A stretch of 64,000 bases of DNA from Epithemia pelagica. Lineage: Eukaryota; Protista; Bacillariophyta. The DNA lies in contig OX337236.1 of NCBI GenBank assembly GCA_946965045.2, positions 62,001-126,000 of the forward strand. The letters are read 5' to 3'. Below the pieces are notes generated by a model. The model saw only the letters and a program-made list of their open reading frames with translations, searched no databases and was not told where the DNA came from. Shown in pieces: positions 48,098 to 59,408 of the stretch. The position numbers and the translations under genes were made by a program. Within the stretch, counting starts at the first letter, position 1. Each line of letters starts with the position of its first letter.

Positions 48098-49551
48098 ATG
48101 AAAGTTTCTTCCTTGGCCTTGTTGTTGGTGACTGGATACGTCAGTTCGACGTCTCACGCTTTTACGGCAGCAGTCCCTCACAGCAGTCGGAATCATGCTG
48201 TTTCACGGTACGTACAACGAAACTGAAACAGGAAGGTCTATACATACGGCAAGAGAGTGGCCGAATCGGTGTCTCCATCCTGTGGTCGTCGTCGTCCTTG
48301 TTGTTGTCGTCGTCGTTTCTCACCCTTGATCGTCACATGTGTTATCCTGTTTCTTGTTTTCCTCTATTCGATCCCAATCTTGAACCCAATCCAATTGATT
48401 CCACCATCATCATCATCATCCTTTACACGCCTATGGAACTGTTCAGATTGTATTCGGCAACCGGAGAAGCCACGACGGCCGATGCGTCGACGGACGACGA
48501 CAAGCCTGTAGAGGGCAAAAAAGCGGGCAAGGATGCCCCTCCGGAAATGTTGGGCTGGGATACCCATCAGGCGATTGATGAGGCACCCAGCACGTTGGTC
48601 CGGGACAGTGACGGCGGTCCGGAAGGCAATTATCCCATGCGCTTCAAATTTGAACAAATGATTCGACAAGCCCAAATTGACATTACCAAGGCGATTGAAG
48701 AAATTGATGGCGAGGGCAAATTTCAGGAAGATTGTTGGACGCGAGAAAATGGCGGCGGCGGCATGTCGCGCGTCTTGTCGGGCGGCAAAGTCTTTGAAAA
48801 GGCCGGCGTCAACTTGTCGGTTGTGTACGGGTCCATGCCGCAAGAAGCCCTCAAAGCTGCGACGGAACGCGGTGTGGACCGAGCCAAGGGCATGGCCCCC
48901 GGCGAACGCGTTCCCTTTTTTGCCTGTGGTTTGTCCAGTGTCATGCATCCCAAAAACCCCTTTTGTCCCACCATGCATTTCAATTACCGATACTTTGAAA
49001 CCGATGGCGGCGTCTGGTGGTTTGGCGGCGGCACCGATATTACCCCCAGTTACCTCAATGAAGACGATATGAAACACTTTCATGGAACCTACAAGGAAGT
49101 CTGCGATCGACACGACCCCAAGTACTATGAAGAATTCAAGGCTTGGGCGGACAAGTATTTCAAGATTCAGCATCGCGGAGAAACGCGTGGATTGGGTGGT
49201 ATTTTCTTTGACGATCAAAACGATCGCGATCCCGAAGCCTTGTTTGAATTTGCCAAGGATGCTCTCAGCCATGTCGTGCCGGCCTATGGTCCCATTATTG
49301 AACAACACAAGGACGATGAATTCACCCAGCAGCAAAAGGAATGGCAATTGATGCGACGAGGCCGCTACGTCGAATTCAATCTCGTCTACGATCGGGGTAC
49401 CGTGTTTGGCTTGAAAACGGGTGGTCGCATTGAATCCATTCTCATGAGTTTGCCCGAAACGGCGCGTTGGGAATACAATCATCAACCGGAACCCGGTTCG
49501 CCCGAAGCCGAATTTTTGGATGCCTGCCAAACGCCGCGGGAATGGGTGTGA
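48098..49551 (+). CDS. hemF: Plastid-targeted oxygen-dependent coproporphyrinogen III oxidase (exons 48098-48207, 48447-49551; about 404 aa)
   Basis: [35 protein letters not shown] and [19 protein letters not shown]. An upstream exon missed by the ORF track encodes a signal peptide ending SHA|FT (ASAF-like). Intron 48208-48446. Confidence 0.95.
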
Positions 49552-50387
49552 GGAACGGACCCGCTCTTCAAGGGACGCGAGAGATGCACAACAACACCCT
49601 ACGGAGCGTACGTTCTGTCGTCACACATGGGAAACAAGGCAAGAAAGAGTGAATCCAATTATCTAGCAGTTCCAAGGGACTGCTCTACTCTACTGTAACA
49701 CTATAAAGATTCTCCCGAACCACTCATTCTTGTTCGTTTTCTAGCACAAGACTTTTTGGCCGTGGAATGGATTCTTGTGTGACTCGATGAACGTACCTCA
49801 TGGCATAGAATAATATATCTCACTCTCTATACTGGGAAAGCATTCTGTTCTCGAAAGAACTCGTCAACGATTGTAGGTCGTCTCACGACAATCCAAGATA
49901 TAGACTCTCGACACACTTCTTGTCATGCTCGTCTCCGACAACTACCCAGTTTCGTCTCTTTCCATACGATTCTCATTCCATCCCGGGCCAAAACTGGGAA
50001 CCGATCTACGGGCCACCAAAACATGCGCGCGCAAGGGACCAAGCGTTGGAAGCATCCTCTCGAAACAATTCCTGTGGTTGACCCTCTCGGTATTCCTCCG
50101 GTGTCCCACAACAGGCAAGCACTGTGTGAGTGTGTGTGCGTATACATGTCTCCACAAAGCTTGACATGTCCGAGGCCACACTAATGTGCAGTTCGGTCCA
50201 AGGCCGCATCCTAGTGTTGCTTGTATTCCAAACGTGGAGGCGTCCCGGTTGTGTTGTGTGGTTCGTCCTCCATCCATCCGAACCAACGCCGAAACTGCAT
50301 TCCCCCATCGAACGTGTCCCGCAGATGTCCGAACAGAATAGAACGACTGCAATTGGTTGGGTCGGTTGCTGATTATCATTGTCGTTG

Positions 50388-51956
50388 TCATCGTCGTCGA
50401 AGGGCTTGTACCACGGGATGATGAACGAACCAGTCGTGGAGTTGATTGTGGGTGTGACGATACCAGTCACGACACTGCTGGTGCAATTGATCGTACGACC
50501 GACCGGCCGAAAGACCCAGAGACGACGACTCAACGACCCACGAATCGTCGTCCTCCTGGGCCGCGACCCAGGAAACCATGGCCCCCAAGACACTGCCCGT
50601 GGCATGATTCCATCGTGGTTGATGACCATGAAAATAGGCCTTGCGACCACCTCCGGCACTGGCCAAGGAGGGAAGTCGTCGTCCTCCCAACCACCACCAC
50701 GTGGTGGATTGTGTTTTCTTTAATTGCTGTGTGGCTTCGGTCAAAATGGCACCTTGTTGGCGACTGCAATCAACACATTGGGGATAAAAGCGATATTTTA
50801 CGGGTCCCCACAACCAGGCATGACGCCACCATCGTCGATTGGCTTGTTCGGCCACACTTTTCGGGGGCATGTGATCGCCCACAAAGTGTACGACTGGAGT
50901 TGTGGGTGTTGGTGCTTTTTTGGAGGAACTCAAAAACGAAGGCAACAAGGACGACGACGTGGACGACGAGAATGGTGATTTTCCAAACATGCGCGAGAGA
51001 ACTCGAGTGCCGCGTCGTTTCGTGCCACAGGTATGACATCCATAGCGTCGTCCCAGCCGTTCCAATTGAATGCGTTTCGCCGAAGTCGCATAATTGGCCG
51101 TGGCGGGCAAACTGACACGAGCATAGGATCCCACATGGGTATAGGAACTGGGCGCAATGGCCCAGGCTCGACCTCCCAACACGAAAAAGGCCAAACATCC
51201 CACGACACAAATCCGCACGACATGCCACGACACGGGAGGCAGCCAGGAGGAAAGGAACCCCGGTGGAAGGATCCAATCCTCCTCGTTCTTGTTCCAACAA
51301 TGAGGCGAACGAGTTTGACGGCTCGACGAAGAAGAAGGGTGACCGAATTCGTGCCAGGTTCGTTGGGTTTCCGCACATAGTAAGTACCAGGCATTGCGTC
51401 CCATGGCGACACTCACCGCCAGGGGTTCTCGAGACCACCCTGGCAACCAGGACAAATGTTGTTGCTGTTGCGGATAGTGGTACCAGGATGTTGATGCTGC
51501 TGTTGCGGCTCGATAGGCTTGTTGATGATGAGTATACGACGTGTAGGTGCCAATGGCCATTTCGTGGGCGGCCCAACTGGCCACACACACACTGGCCCAT
51601 CCCACGACCGAAGGAATGGGTGCCATGGTACCGGTCGAAATCCGAAGCAATCGTTGTTGCATCCACGTTGATACCGCCAAGGTGGATCCAAACGTGACTG
51701 TACCAGCGACCATGGCCGCCACGGCGGCCGCGGGAGGATGAGGAAGTGTCGACATCCAGGCCAAAGCCTCGTTCCAGGAGACGGGTAGTGGCTGTCCTCC
51801 ACCTCCTCGAGATGGTCCATTCCAAACCAAATGATTGTGGGGTGCTGTGGATGTTGTCGCTGTGGTTGCCATGGTTGTTGTTCTTCTTGCATCGTGTTTT
51901 TTGGACACTGTATGGTTGGAGCCCTTGTCGTCGTCGTCTCGTGAAACTAGCCCCAT
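50388..51956 (-). CDS. Membrane protein with a CxxC...DH...CxxC (HNH/His-Me finger-like) zinc motif, about 522 aa
   Basis: GCHTCG, FVGDHMPP and YPQCVDCSRQQG, with 2-3 hydrophobic segments upstream. Start inferred at ATG 51956. Confidence 0.75.
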   Translation of the reverse strand: MGLVSRDDDDKGSNHTVSKKHDARRTTTMATTATTSTAPHNHLVWNGPSRGGGGQPLPVSWNEALAWMSTLPHPPAAAVAAMVAGTVTFGSTLAVSTWMQQRLLRISTGTMAPIPSVVGWASVCVASWAAHEMAIGTYTSYTHHQQAYRAATAASTSWYHYPQQQQHLSWLPGWSREPLAVSVAMGRNAWYLLCAETQRTWHEFGHPSSSSSRQTRSPHCWNKNEEDWILPPGFLSSWLPPVSWHVVRICVVGCLAFFVLGGRAWAIAPSSYTHVGSYARVSLPATANYATSAKRIQLERLGRRYGCHTCGTKRRGTRVLSRMFGKSPFSSSTSSSLLPSFLSSSKKAPTPTTPVVHFVGDHMPPKSVAEQANRRWWRHAWLWGPVKYRFYPQCVDCSRQQGAILTEATQQLKKTQSTTWWWLGGRRLPSLASAGGGRKAYFHGHQPRWNHATGSVLGAMVSWVAAQEDDDSWVVESSSLGLSAGRSYDQLHQQCRDWYRHTHNQLHDWFVHHPVVQALRRR

Positions 51957-52927
51957 GATTCCGGTTTCGTTCCAGTGACCGTCTTTTGGCTCGTGGATTT
52001 TTGTACCAAATCCACAAGAAGCAATCGAATGAATAATGAATGAATGAATGAATGATCCAGGATCGATCCTCCACGATCGTGTGCCGCAACCACACGAAAA
52101 AAAAAGACACACACACACACACACCAGAGAGAGCCTTGAATCACCGCAACAAATTCCCGTGCGTTGGATGGAGAATAGGAGAGGTTGTACGAGAGAGAGG
52201 ATGATGATGATGATGATGATGACACAAACGACGAGACGCCGATCGCAACAAAGATCTCCAGCTGTTGTGGTGTCAAACGGTCCTGTGAGAGTGGCAGTGG
52301 ATTTTGGCCTCTACAATCTTTTCCACCATAGACATAGACGCATTTAGGTCGTCTATTATAAGTGGGTCGCCTTTCGTTTATGCGACTGGTAGCACCCATG
52401 TCAGACGTGCGTGAAGAAGAAGAAGGATCCAATGACGTGGCTTGGGTCAAGGACTTTGGAGACACGGCATTCCGACACGGACTGCGACAGCAGCAGCTTG
52501 GCCAGAAGCACCTTTTGTTGGTCCAAATTCTCAAGTGATTCAAGGTGCCACCGCGGCGGCGCCAGCATCAACACAACAACACACAAAGAGACTCTTTCGT
52601 TTTCGTTTTTCGGTTTGGCTGCTGCTGGGGGAGGATACAAGCTTGTTGTGCGTGTCGGCGTGTGCTGGTTGTGAACACACAACAAGATTACTTCTCTTGC
52701 TGAATTGCCTCATCATCATCATCATCAGGGTGCATCTCTCTCGTTCTCTCTCGTCTCTTGTCTACTTGTGATTCGGTCACTGCCTTGACATAAGCAAGAA
52801 CCACGAAACAAGAAAAGAGCACGAACGGATCCTGTCGCTCAGATTCCAACCTTCCAAAGCAGAGTCATTACAGTTCCATATACAGCAACAACTTTTTGGA
52901 ATCCATTCAGAGAAAAAACACGTGACA

Positions 52928-54499
52928 ATGACAGCCTTGAGACCAAACGCTGCTTCCATGTTTGCCATTGTCTTGGCCACACTAGTGGCTTGCACTTCCT
53001 TGGCGTTTGCCTTTCAATCCCAAACAACAAGAACAACAACAGCAAGTGCTCAATGGTCATCCTTGTTGTCCGTTCCATTGCCCGGACGAATGCGCAGCAG
53101 TAGCATCACCACAACCACAACAACAACGTCGTGTTTCATGATTCCTACCACGACCAATCACGAAACCGTGTCCACTACTGCCTTGCAAACGAAACGGGGC
53201 AACCACAACCAATCGCCCTTGTCGCCCTTGCCCGAAGAAGCAGAAGAAGAAGCAACCCCTGTCCACGAGAAACAAACCAAGAATTCCTCCAAGAAACACA
53301 ATAAGGACGTACCACAACATGTCTGTAGTCAAGTCGAATTTGAATTGCACGTGGGCAAGGCCATGGACACCTTACGCAAGGATTATCAAGAATGGTTTGC
53401 CACGCTCAAGACGCCCGACTTTTCCATTTATTCGTCCCACATTCAATTTGTCGATCCCAGCGGCGTCCACGTCCACGGGTTACGCAATTACCAAAATGCG
53501 CATCGTTTGTTGCAAACCTTGTTTCAATTCTTGTATTGTCCCCAAAAATCCAGTTTGACCTCGGCCCGCATGTATTATGACCCCGTTCAGGGTCGCATTC
53601 GCATTCATTGGCATGCCCAAATGGTCCCCCGCGAACTCTTTGGAGGAACCCGCTCGCGGGTTTATTTGGATGCCACCAGTGTCTATGACTTGGATCGCCG
53701 GACTGGTGAGATTTGTCAACATTCCCTCGAAACCTTGTTGTGGAACAATCAAGCCTTGCGTCCCAAGGAAGGATTGGTGGCTGCCCTTCAAGATTATCAT
53801 GGTGCGACCGTGCCCAGTTTTGTGACGGGCCAGGATTCCATGGTATCGTCACTGTCACAAGAAGAGGAAGCAATGGATGCGCCCTTGTTTCAAGTCTGGT
53901 TTGCCCCCTTTACGGGTCACGATGCTCGTCAGAGCTTGTTTTTTGAGTCCCAAACACCAGCAGAAGACCAGCGCAGTGGTAGCAGCACGACGACAACGAC
54001 GACGACTACCAGTAGCAGGAGTCACAACCCCAGTAGCAGCAGCAGTGGCGACGAAGGGACCGCTGCCATTGACTGGGACGCCTTGGATCGCAAAAACAAG
54101 TCGCGCCAAAAGTTTGGCCTCCAACCCATGACACCCGAAGAATTTTTGAACGTCCAAGCCCGCGTTCAAGCCCTCGATGCCGCGCAACAACTCAAATTCC
54201 AGCAACAGCAACAACAACAACAACTTGCGGAACAACAAGCACAAGAAGAACAAGAACAAACCAAGGCCGGTGTCTTGGAAAAGTTGTTGGGTCGCGTCTT
54301 GTCGTCGTCTCCGCAGGAAGATGTCTGTGAATCCAATTACGACTGTGTGCGACCTCAAGTCTGTTGTGATTTTGGCTTTTCCAAACGGTGTTGTACGTCG
54401 GGATCACCCGTCTTGGGCAATCAATGGGCCACGGTTCCCGTTCCCGTCGAAACCCCCGAAAACCCCTATGGACCCAACACTCCACCGCCGCGATGGTAG
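52928..54499 (+). CDS. Probably plastid-targeted NTF2/SnoaL-like (DUF2358-type) protein with Cys-rich C-terminal tail
   Basis: Signal peptide MFAIVLATLVACTSLA|F; DTLRKDY..., PDFSIY..HIQFVDPSG...GLRNY, IRIHW and SVYDLD..G.I..H; tail CESNYDCVRPQVCCDFGFSKRCC. Confidence 0.75.
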   Translation: MTALRPNAASMFAIVLATLVACTSLAFAFQSQTTRTTTASAQWSSLLSVPLPGRMRSSSITTTTTTTSCFMIPTTTNHETVSTTALQTKRGNHNQSPLSPLPEEAEEEATPVHEKQTKNSSKKHNKDVPQHVCSQVEFELHVGKAMDTLRKDYQEWFATLKTPDFSIYSSHIQFVDPSGVHVHGLRNYQNAHRLLQTLFQFLYCPQKSSLTSARMYYDPVQGRIRIHWHAQMVPRELFGGTRSRVYLDATSVYDLDRRTGEICQHSLETLLWNNQALRPKEGLVAALQDYHGATVPSFVTGQDSMVSSLSQEEEAMDAPLFQVWFAPFTGHDARQSLFFESQTPAEDQRSGSSTTTTTTTTSSRSHNPSSSSSGDEGTAAIDWDALDRKNKSRQKFGLQPMTPEEFLNVQARVQALDAAQQLKFQQQQQQQQLAEQQAQEEQEQTKAGVLEKLLGRVLSSSPQEDVCESNYDCVRPQVCCDFGFSKRCCTSGSPVLGNQWATVPVPVETPENPYGPNTPPPRW

Positions 54500-56275
54500 T
54501 TCGACCACCAAAGAAACGAAAACCACCATGTGTGTGTGTCTGTATAGTTGGATGCGCGATGACCAACCGCACGAACCCACCCCGAACGAAACAATGCCAC
54601 ACAAAACCAATTACCATGAGGTGGACTCGCCGACGAGAAGGATTCGGCTGTGCGGACCTGGAGAATCGCGGTTCCAGCATCCAGAATAGAAGGGGCGTCC
54701 ACGGTGGTATGGTTCACCAACCATGGTTCGACTAGAAGTCACGACACGCGTTGTCGTTGTTGTTGGACCAAGACCCATCTATCGGCTACGTTGAGACTAC
54801 CACACATTATGGGCAAAGTATACTGTCTAAAATACCTTAAAGAAGAGACTTGCAATTCGTTCCACTATAGTATAGAGCATGGAACGAACACGAGTTCCAA
54901 TGGAAGAAACATTCACTCAGTGTTTGTGTGCGATCCAACACCGAGGAGAAAAGAGAGAGTCAAAGGATAGAAATATAGTAGCCAGAATAAAACTCTCTGA
55001 AAGAAAGCATATAACATTCACTCGGGCATCCACAGGATCAGCACATATTCCACACACAGCGAGGTGTGTGTGTCTGTGTGCGATCAAAACCGTGGGGCCA
55101 CCTTACACAACAGTATTTAGGTCAAATCTCATGGATGAAAACAGGAGGAGTCCTGGAACTAGACCGAGATTTCGTCCCCATCCTCGTCGTCGTCATCCCA
55201 GTCGTTGCTGCTTTTCGATTGTATGCAACCGCAAAGACGAACGTTGAACCAACTGGTTGACACGAGCTTGGACCACCCGAGTGGTATCGTTCGTGTCGTC
55301 GTCCTTCTTGTGGGATTCTTGGTTGCCTACGAGCAACTTCCAGGGCAAAAGACTTGCTAGAATCCGTGGTGGTGGTGTGGTCGAGTCCTTACCGACAACG
55401 TCGTCGTCATCATCACACACCTTGTCGTCGTCGTCGTCGTGGAGGTCTTTTGGTTTCTTTTCAAGTAGTAGTTGTAGAGGAATAAGACACAATGGCAACC
55501 ATTGGCACAACACAAAACTGGTGTCAGAGAGTGATTGCGCTCTCGACGAGAGGCAAACTCTTCAGTCGAGTGATGAGACGAGAGACGTACCATTTCGTGA
55601 GGTTTTAAAGGAGTCGAGTCTAGTTTTGCGGTTCGAGACAAACAAAGAGTCCAGGGAAAAAGAAACACAATGTTGGCGAGACTTGACGAATATATAGAAG
55701 ATAGGAATCGAACCAAGAAAGAGAACGAGAAAGTGTATTGTCCAAACAGCTACGGTCAAAAAAGTTTACAATCCAAGAAGGAAGAAGGATAATGCAGGAT
55801 GATGAAAGTCTCTGTTCGAGTGGTTGCCTGGTATCGGAGGATGGTTGTACGTGTTTGTGTGCTCCTCTATAATTTTCCGTGACACATGTGCCTCTTGCTT
55901 TTGAGTGGGGAGCAGCGAGATTCGAGCAGGTGCGAAAGAGGAGCCTTTTGGCTGTTTCGGGGGATGCGTAACCCGAACGACCCAACAGACCTGACACGCT
56001 TACCTGATGTCATTACTGGTTGAAACACATTTTGCTTGGGGATGTCATCCCTATGCGACAAATGGGAGCACCGAATCAAACACTCGCACGAGGCGTTCGT
56101 TCTCGTGCTGCATAATATTGTATTCTCACTGATTGTAGGGCCATCACGCCCGGCAGTACCATGGCCTGCGCGTAGAATCGGATTCGCACAACCGGAGCGT
56201 GCGCAAGAACGGGACGTGCTCCCCCACTTTTCATCCAGATGACGATGAGAATGAGACATCAGAGCGTCCCAGACA

Positions 56276-56621
56276 ATGGATGTATGAGAGAGACAGAGAG
56301 GATCCGAGCAGCGGATATGATGGATCCTTATTATATGTGTGGTGTTGTGGAGGACTGAATCGCTTACGGTCATGGCCATTCCAAGAACGGATCAAGGGCC
56401 GTCATGATGAGACCAGAACAATCAAGAGAAGCGACTCCATCCTCGATCAAACATGGATATGAGAGCGAGAGGGAAAGTAATGGAGCAGCGGATGTGATGG
56501 ATATACGTGTTGTGTTGTGGAGGACTGAATCGGTTACGGTCGTGGCCATTCCAAGAACGGATCAAGGGCCGTCATGATGAGACCCGAACAACCAAGAGAA
56601 GCGACTCCATCCTCGATCAAA
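56276..56621. repeat. Tandem duplication, period about 170 bp
   Basis: Core 56342-56451 vs 56512-56621 is 106/110 identical; the left parts of the units are more diverged. Confidence 0.9.
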
Positions 56622-57205
56622 GCGCCCTCCTCGATCGATTTTGTCGCTGTCCAATTCATTCTCTCCTCCACCTCGGGTTCCACCATGTGGGTGTTTACAA
56701 AGATCGATTTGCTAGCTTGAAAAAAGTCCCTGTATCTCCTACCATACGAAAGGTGAGGTGACCCCCCGGTTGGTTTTCCAATTTCGACCGCTCCGTGTGG
56801 CAAATAACACACCAATCAACAATATCCTTAGGAACGTCACACGCGGCAAACAACGTCTCATTTCATCGATTGACGCCACACAACAGGGATGGAGTAGTGA
56901 CACTGGGTGGCTTGTTTGGGATTGGGAGGCTATCTGCCACAGGGCACCTTTTTTTCCACCACGAATGGAAAAGGAATGATTGGAACGACTGAGTGGTGTT
57001 TGGGAAACGACACATGCCCATGATGTGGTCGGAACGTGCAAAAGCCAATGAGGGTAAACGTGTGCTCGCAGCAGGGTCCAACAAGGAACTTTTCCACGGA
57101 CCATCCTCCGGATCGATTCGCAACATGACTACCTACCTAGGTAGGTAGGTATAGTTTGTTGGGTGTGTTCCTAGTGGTGTCTGCACGCAAAGTGAATCGT
57201 AGTAT

Positions 57206-57838
57206 TCATGACGGGTTCTTTAGTTTATCGGGATTCTGGTGATCGATGAAGAAAGGACTAGTAGAACTGCAACTGGAAGCAAGTACTTTTGTGTATGTGC
57301 GTGTCTTGGTCTGTTTCTCGTGTACTTGTACCCTTGATTGACTGTCTAAATATCCGGTGTGGGACTCGACGAAGGAGCCTTGGTCGATTTGGCGGCCTTG
57401 GTAGTCTTGGGGGTAGGACGACGCCTCGAGACGACAAAAGATTTGCTGAGGGCTTTTATCGATACCATACCACACATCGGGGGCCACCACCGAATTGTAT
57501 TGGGTACAAACTGTTACGTTCCCATGATTGATATCACCACCGACGGGTGCAAACGAAAAGGCCAGACAGGCTGGATTGGCATTGCAAACCTGCTTGCACT
57601 TGGTCGGCGTACTGGAACTGTAGCGTTTATCGCAAGGCGTCAAGCCACATCCGGCAATGTCGGCCCCCAAGCCTCCGACCTGAACTGTGTTCTTGGGACA
57701 GACGAGTAACTCGGCGACCGAGTCGCCGCCCGCATCCGCCTTGGTTTTACGGGAACGCTTGACAACAACCGAGTTGGTCGGACAGGCACTGACAAGCAAA
57801 GAGAAGACTGCAACGAGGACCGAGCGAGAGAAAATCAT
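57206..57838 (-). CDS. Secreted protein with one 8-Cys PAN/Apple-like module
   Basis: Signal peptide MIFSRSVLVAVFSLLVSA; module CPKNTVQVGGLGADIAGCGLTPC..CKQVCNANPACLAFSF...VCTQY...QIFC. The 3' end may include a short intron (57331-57273). Confidence 0.8.
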   Translation of the reverse strand: MIFSRSVLVAVFSLLVSACPTNSVVVKRSRKTKADAGGDSVAELLVCPKNTVQVGGLGADIAGCGLTPCDKRYSSSTPTKCKQVCNANPACLAFSFAPVGGDINHGNVTVCTQYNSVVAPDVWYGIDKSPQQIFCRLEASSYPQDYQGRQIDQGSFVESHTGYLDSQSRVQVHEKQTKTRTYTKVLASSCSSTSPFFIDHQNPDKLKNPS

Positions 57839-59408
57839 TGTGTGAAATGTGTCGAACACGGTGACAAGACGGTGAGGCAAACCAAACTTGCAATGGTTCC
57901 AAAGAATGACCACACTTTTTGAACAACATGAGAAACACCGTGCCAATTGCTCAACTAGGGTAGTCATCCAATGTTGTTGTCAATCAACAGGATTCAGGAG
58001 TCTCGCATGTTGAAATTCTCGACATTTTTGGTTTACGTGCCTGCTGAGGATACTACGCCATGATGAGAGTCGTGGTATAGCTTGTGATCCGGGCTCAGGG
58101 GCCAGCCTTGTTTCCTTTCGACAGTTTCGTCAGTCCAAAGAAAATTGCCGACAAAGATGAAGCGGCAAGCACGCATTAAGATATCAGAAGCAGTCAGGCC
58201 GTATAATCGCCTCGTTATTTCTTGTCCTTGGCTACCGATTGAATGTCTCGCAGTGCAAAACGCACTCGACAAAGACGGAGCGGCACGTACACTCATGGAT
58301 GTCGCATCGGAGAAGGCCTAACCTTGCAGTCCTCGTTTAGTTTTGGTATGTGCTTAGACACCGGGCATCTTTTGTGGCCTGCTATCACGAAAGACCAGTT
58401 GTTCAACGGCCAAAAGTACAAGACAAAGACGGAGCGGTAAGCACGCACGAACCACCCATGGCTCTCTTTGGAGAGGTGAGCCAGCGAATTAGTCGCGCTG
58501 TTTGTGTTTGTGCCCAGATATATAGACATCTCCTCTGCCAAGAAGCAAAACGTCGTTCCGGACAAAGCCGGAGGAGCGACCATGCTCAGACCTTCACGGA
58601 GCGATCCAATTGCTACCTGGGACTCTCTTCAAAGGTTGGAATTCTCAAAATATATGGGACGCGCGCATACCAGTGCCGATGCTGTAGTTCATCGGTTCGA
58701 GGTACTCTCATTGGTTTGAAGCCATTCTTTTGATAAATCTATGAAAAGGAGTGTTGTTTGGGTTCGGCACCCTGTCATTCGACAAAGACCATTGCTCCCA
58801 TTTACTTGGTATAGTCACAGAAGAAACTAGAAACCGCAAGCAGTCACAACATGCATTTTGGTGGATTGCTCATCGTGGCGAGTACTCTGGAGGCTGAAAA
58901 TAAGGGTTAGTTGAGATCACTCCGTTAGATCTCAGAAAGTGTCTCATAAACCACCGTCCTGCGAACCTACTCATTGTGCCTATCAAGGGGCGGAGTCAGC
59001 AGCAAAGTCAAGACATGACAAAGATGGATCCTTTGTGCCTTTCTCTTCAGTGACTGTTGCGTGAAGGGATCTTTACATGCACCTGAGTTGGTAGTTTTGG
59101 TTTACCTTGTCATTCTTGCTCAAGAAAACAGTGAATTCCCTCAATCTAGATATGGTGGCGCTTCGGACAACAATCATCACTGGAAAGTAGCTGTATGGCA
59201 GAGAGAGGCTTCCACGAGACACCAATCATCCACAGTAGTACTACTGGTATCTAATAGGCTTTTGTAAACTTTTCTCCTAAATATGTAGATAAAAGGTGGA
59301 CCAGAGACTCTCGACTTCAGCACTGAATTGCCGTTGATATGCAGGGCACATGGGCAGGCAGTTCCCCATGAAGACGATACCCAGGTTCTCACCATGGGAT
59401 TGAGGCGA

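Noticed and set aside
1515-49530. Long antisense ORFs (1515-2780+, 9433-10419+, 23069-24001-, 45107-46624+, 48364-49530- and others)
   Set aside because: They lie opposite well-supported genes, mostly codon-aligned, and have no motifs. They are shadows of host codon usage.
56276-56621. CRISPR-like interpretation of the direct repeats
   Set aside because: Only two long units, no unique spacers of regular length, no cas genes, and a eukaryotic context.
57129-57148. Perfect 20-bp palindrome CTACCTACCTAGGTAGGTAG
   Set aside because: Built from a simple (CTAC)/(GTAG) repeat; low complexity explains it.
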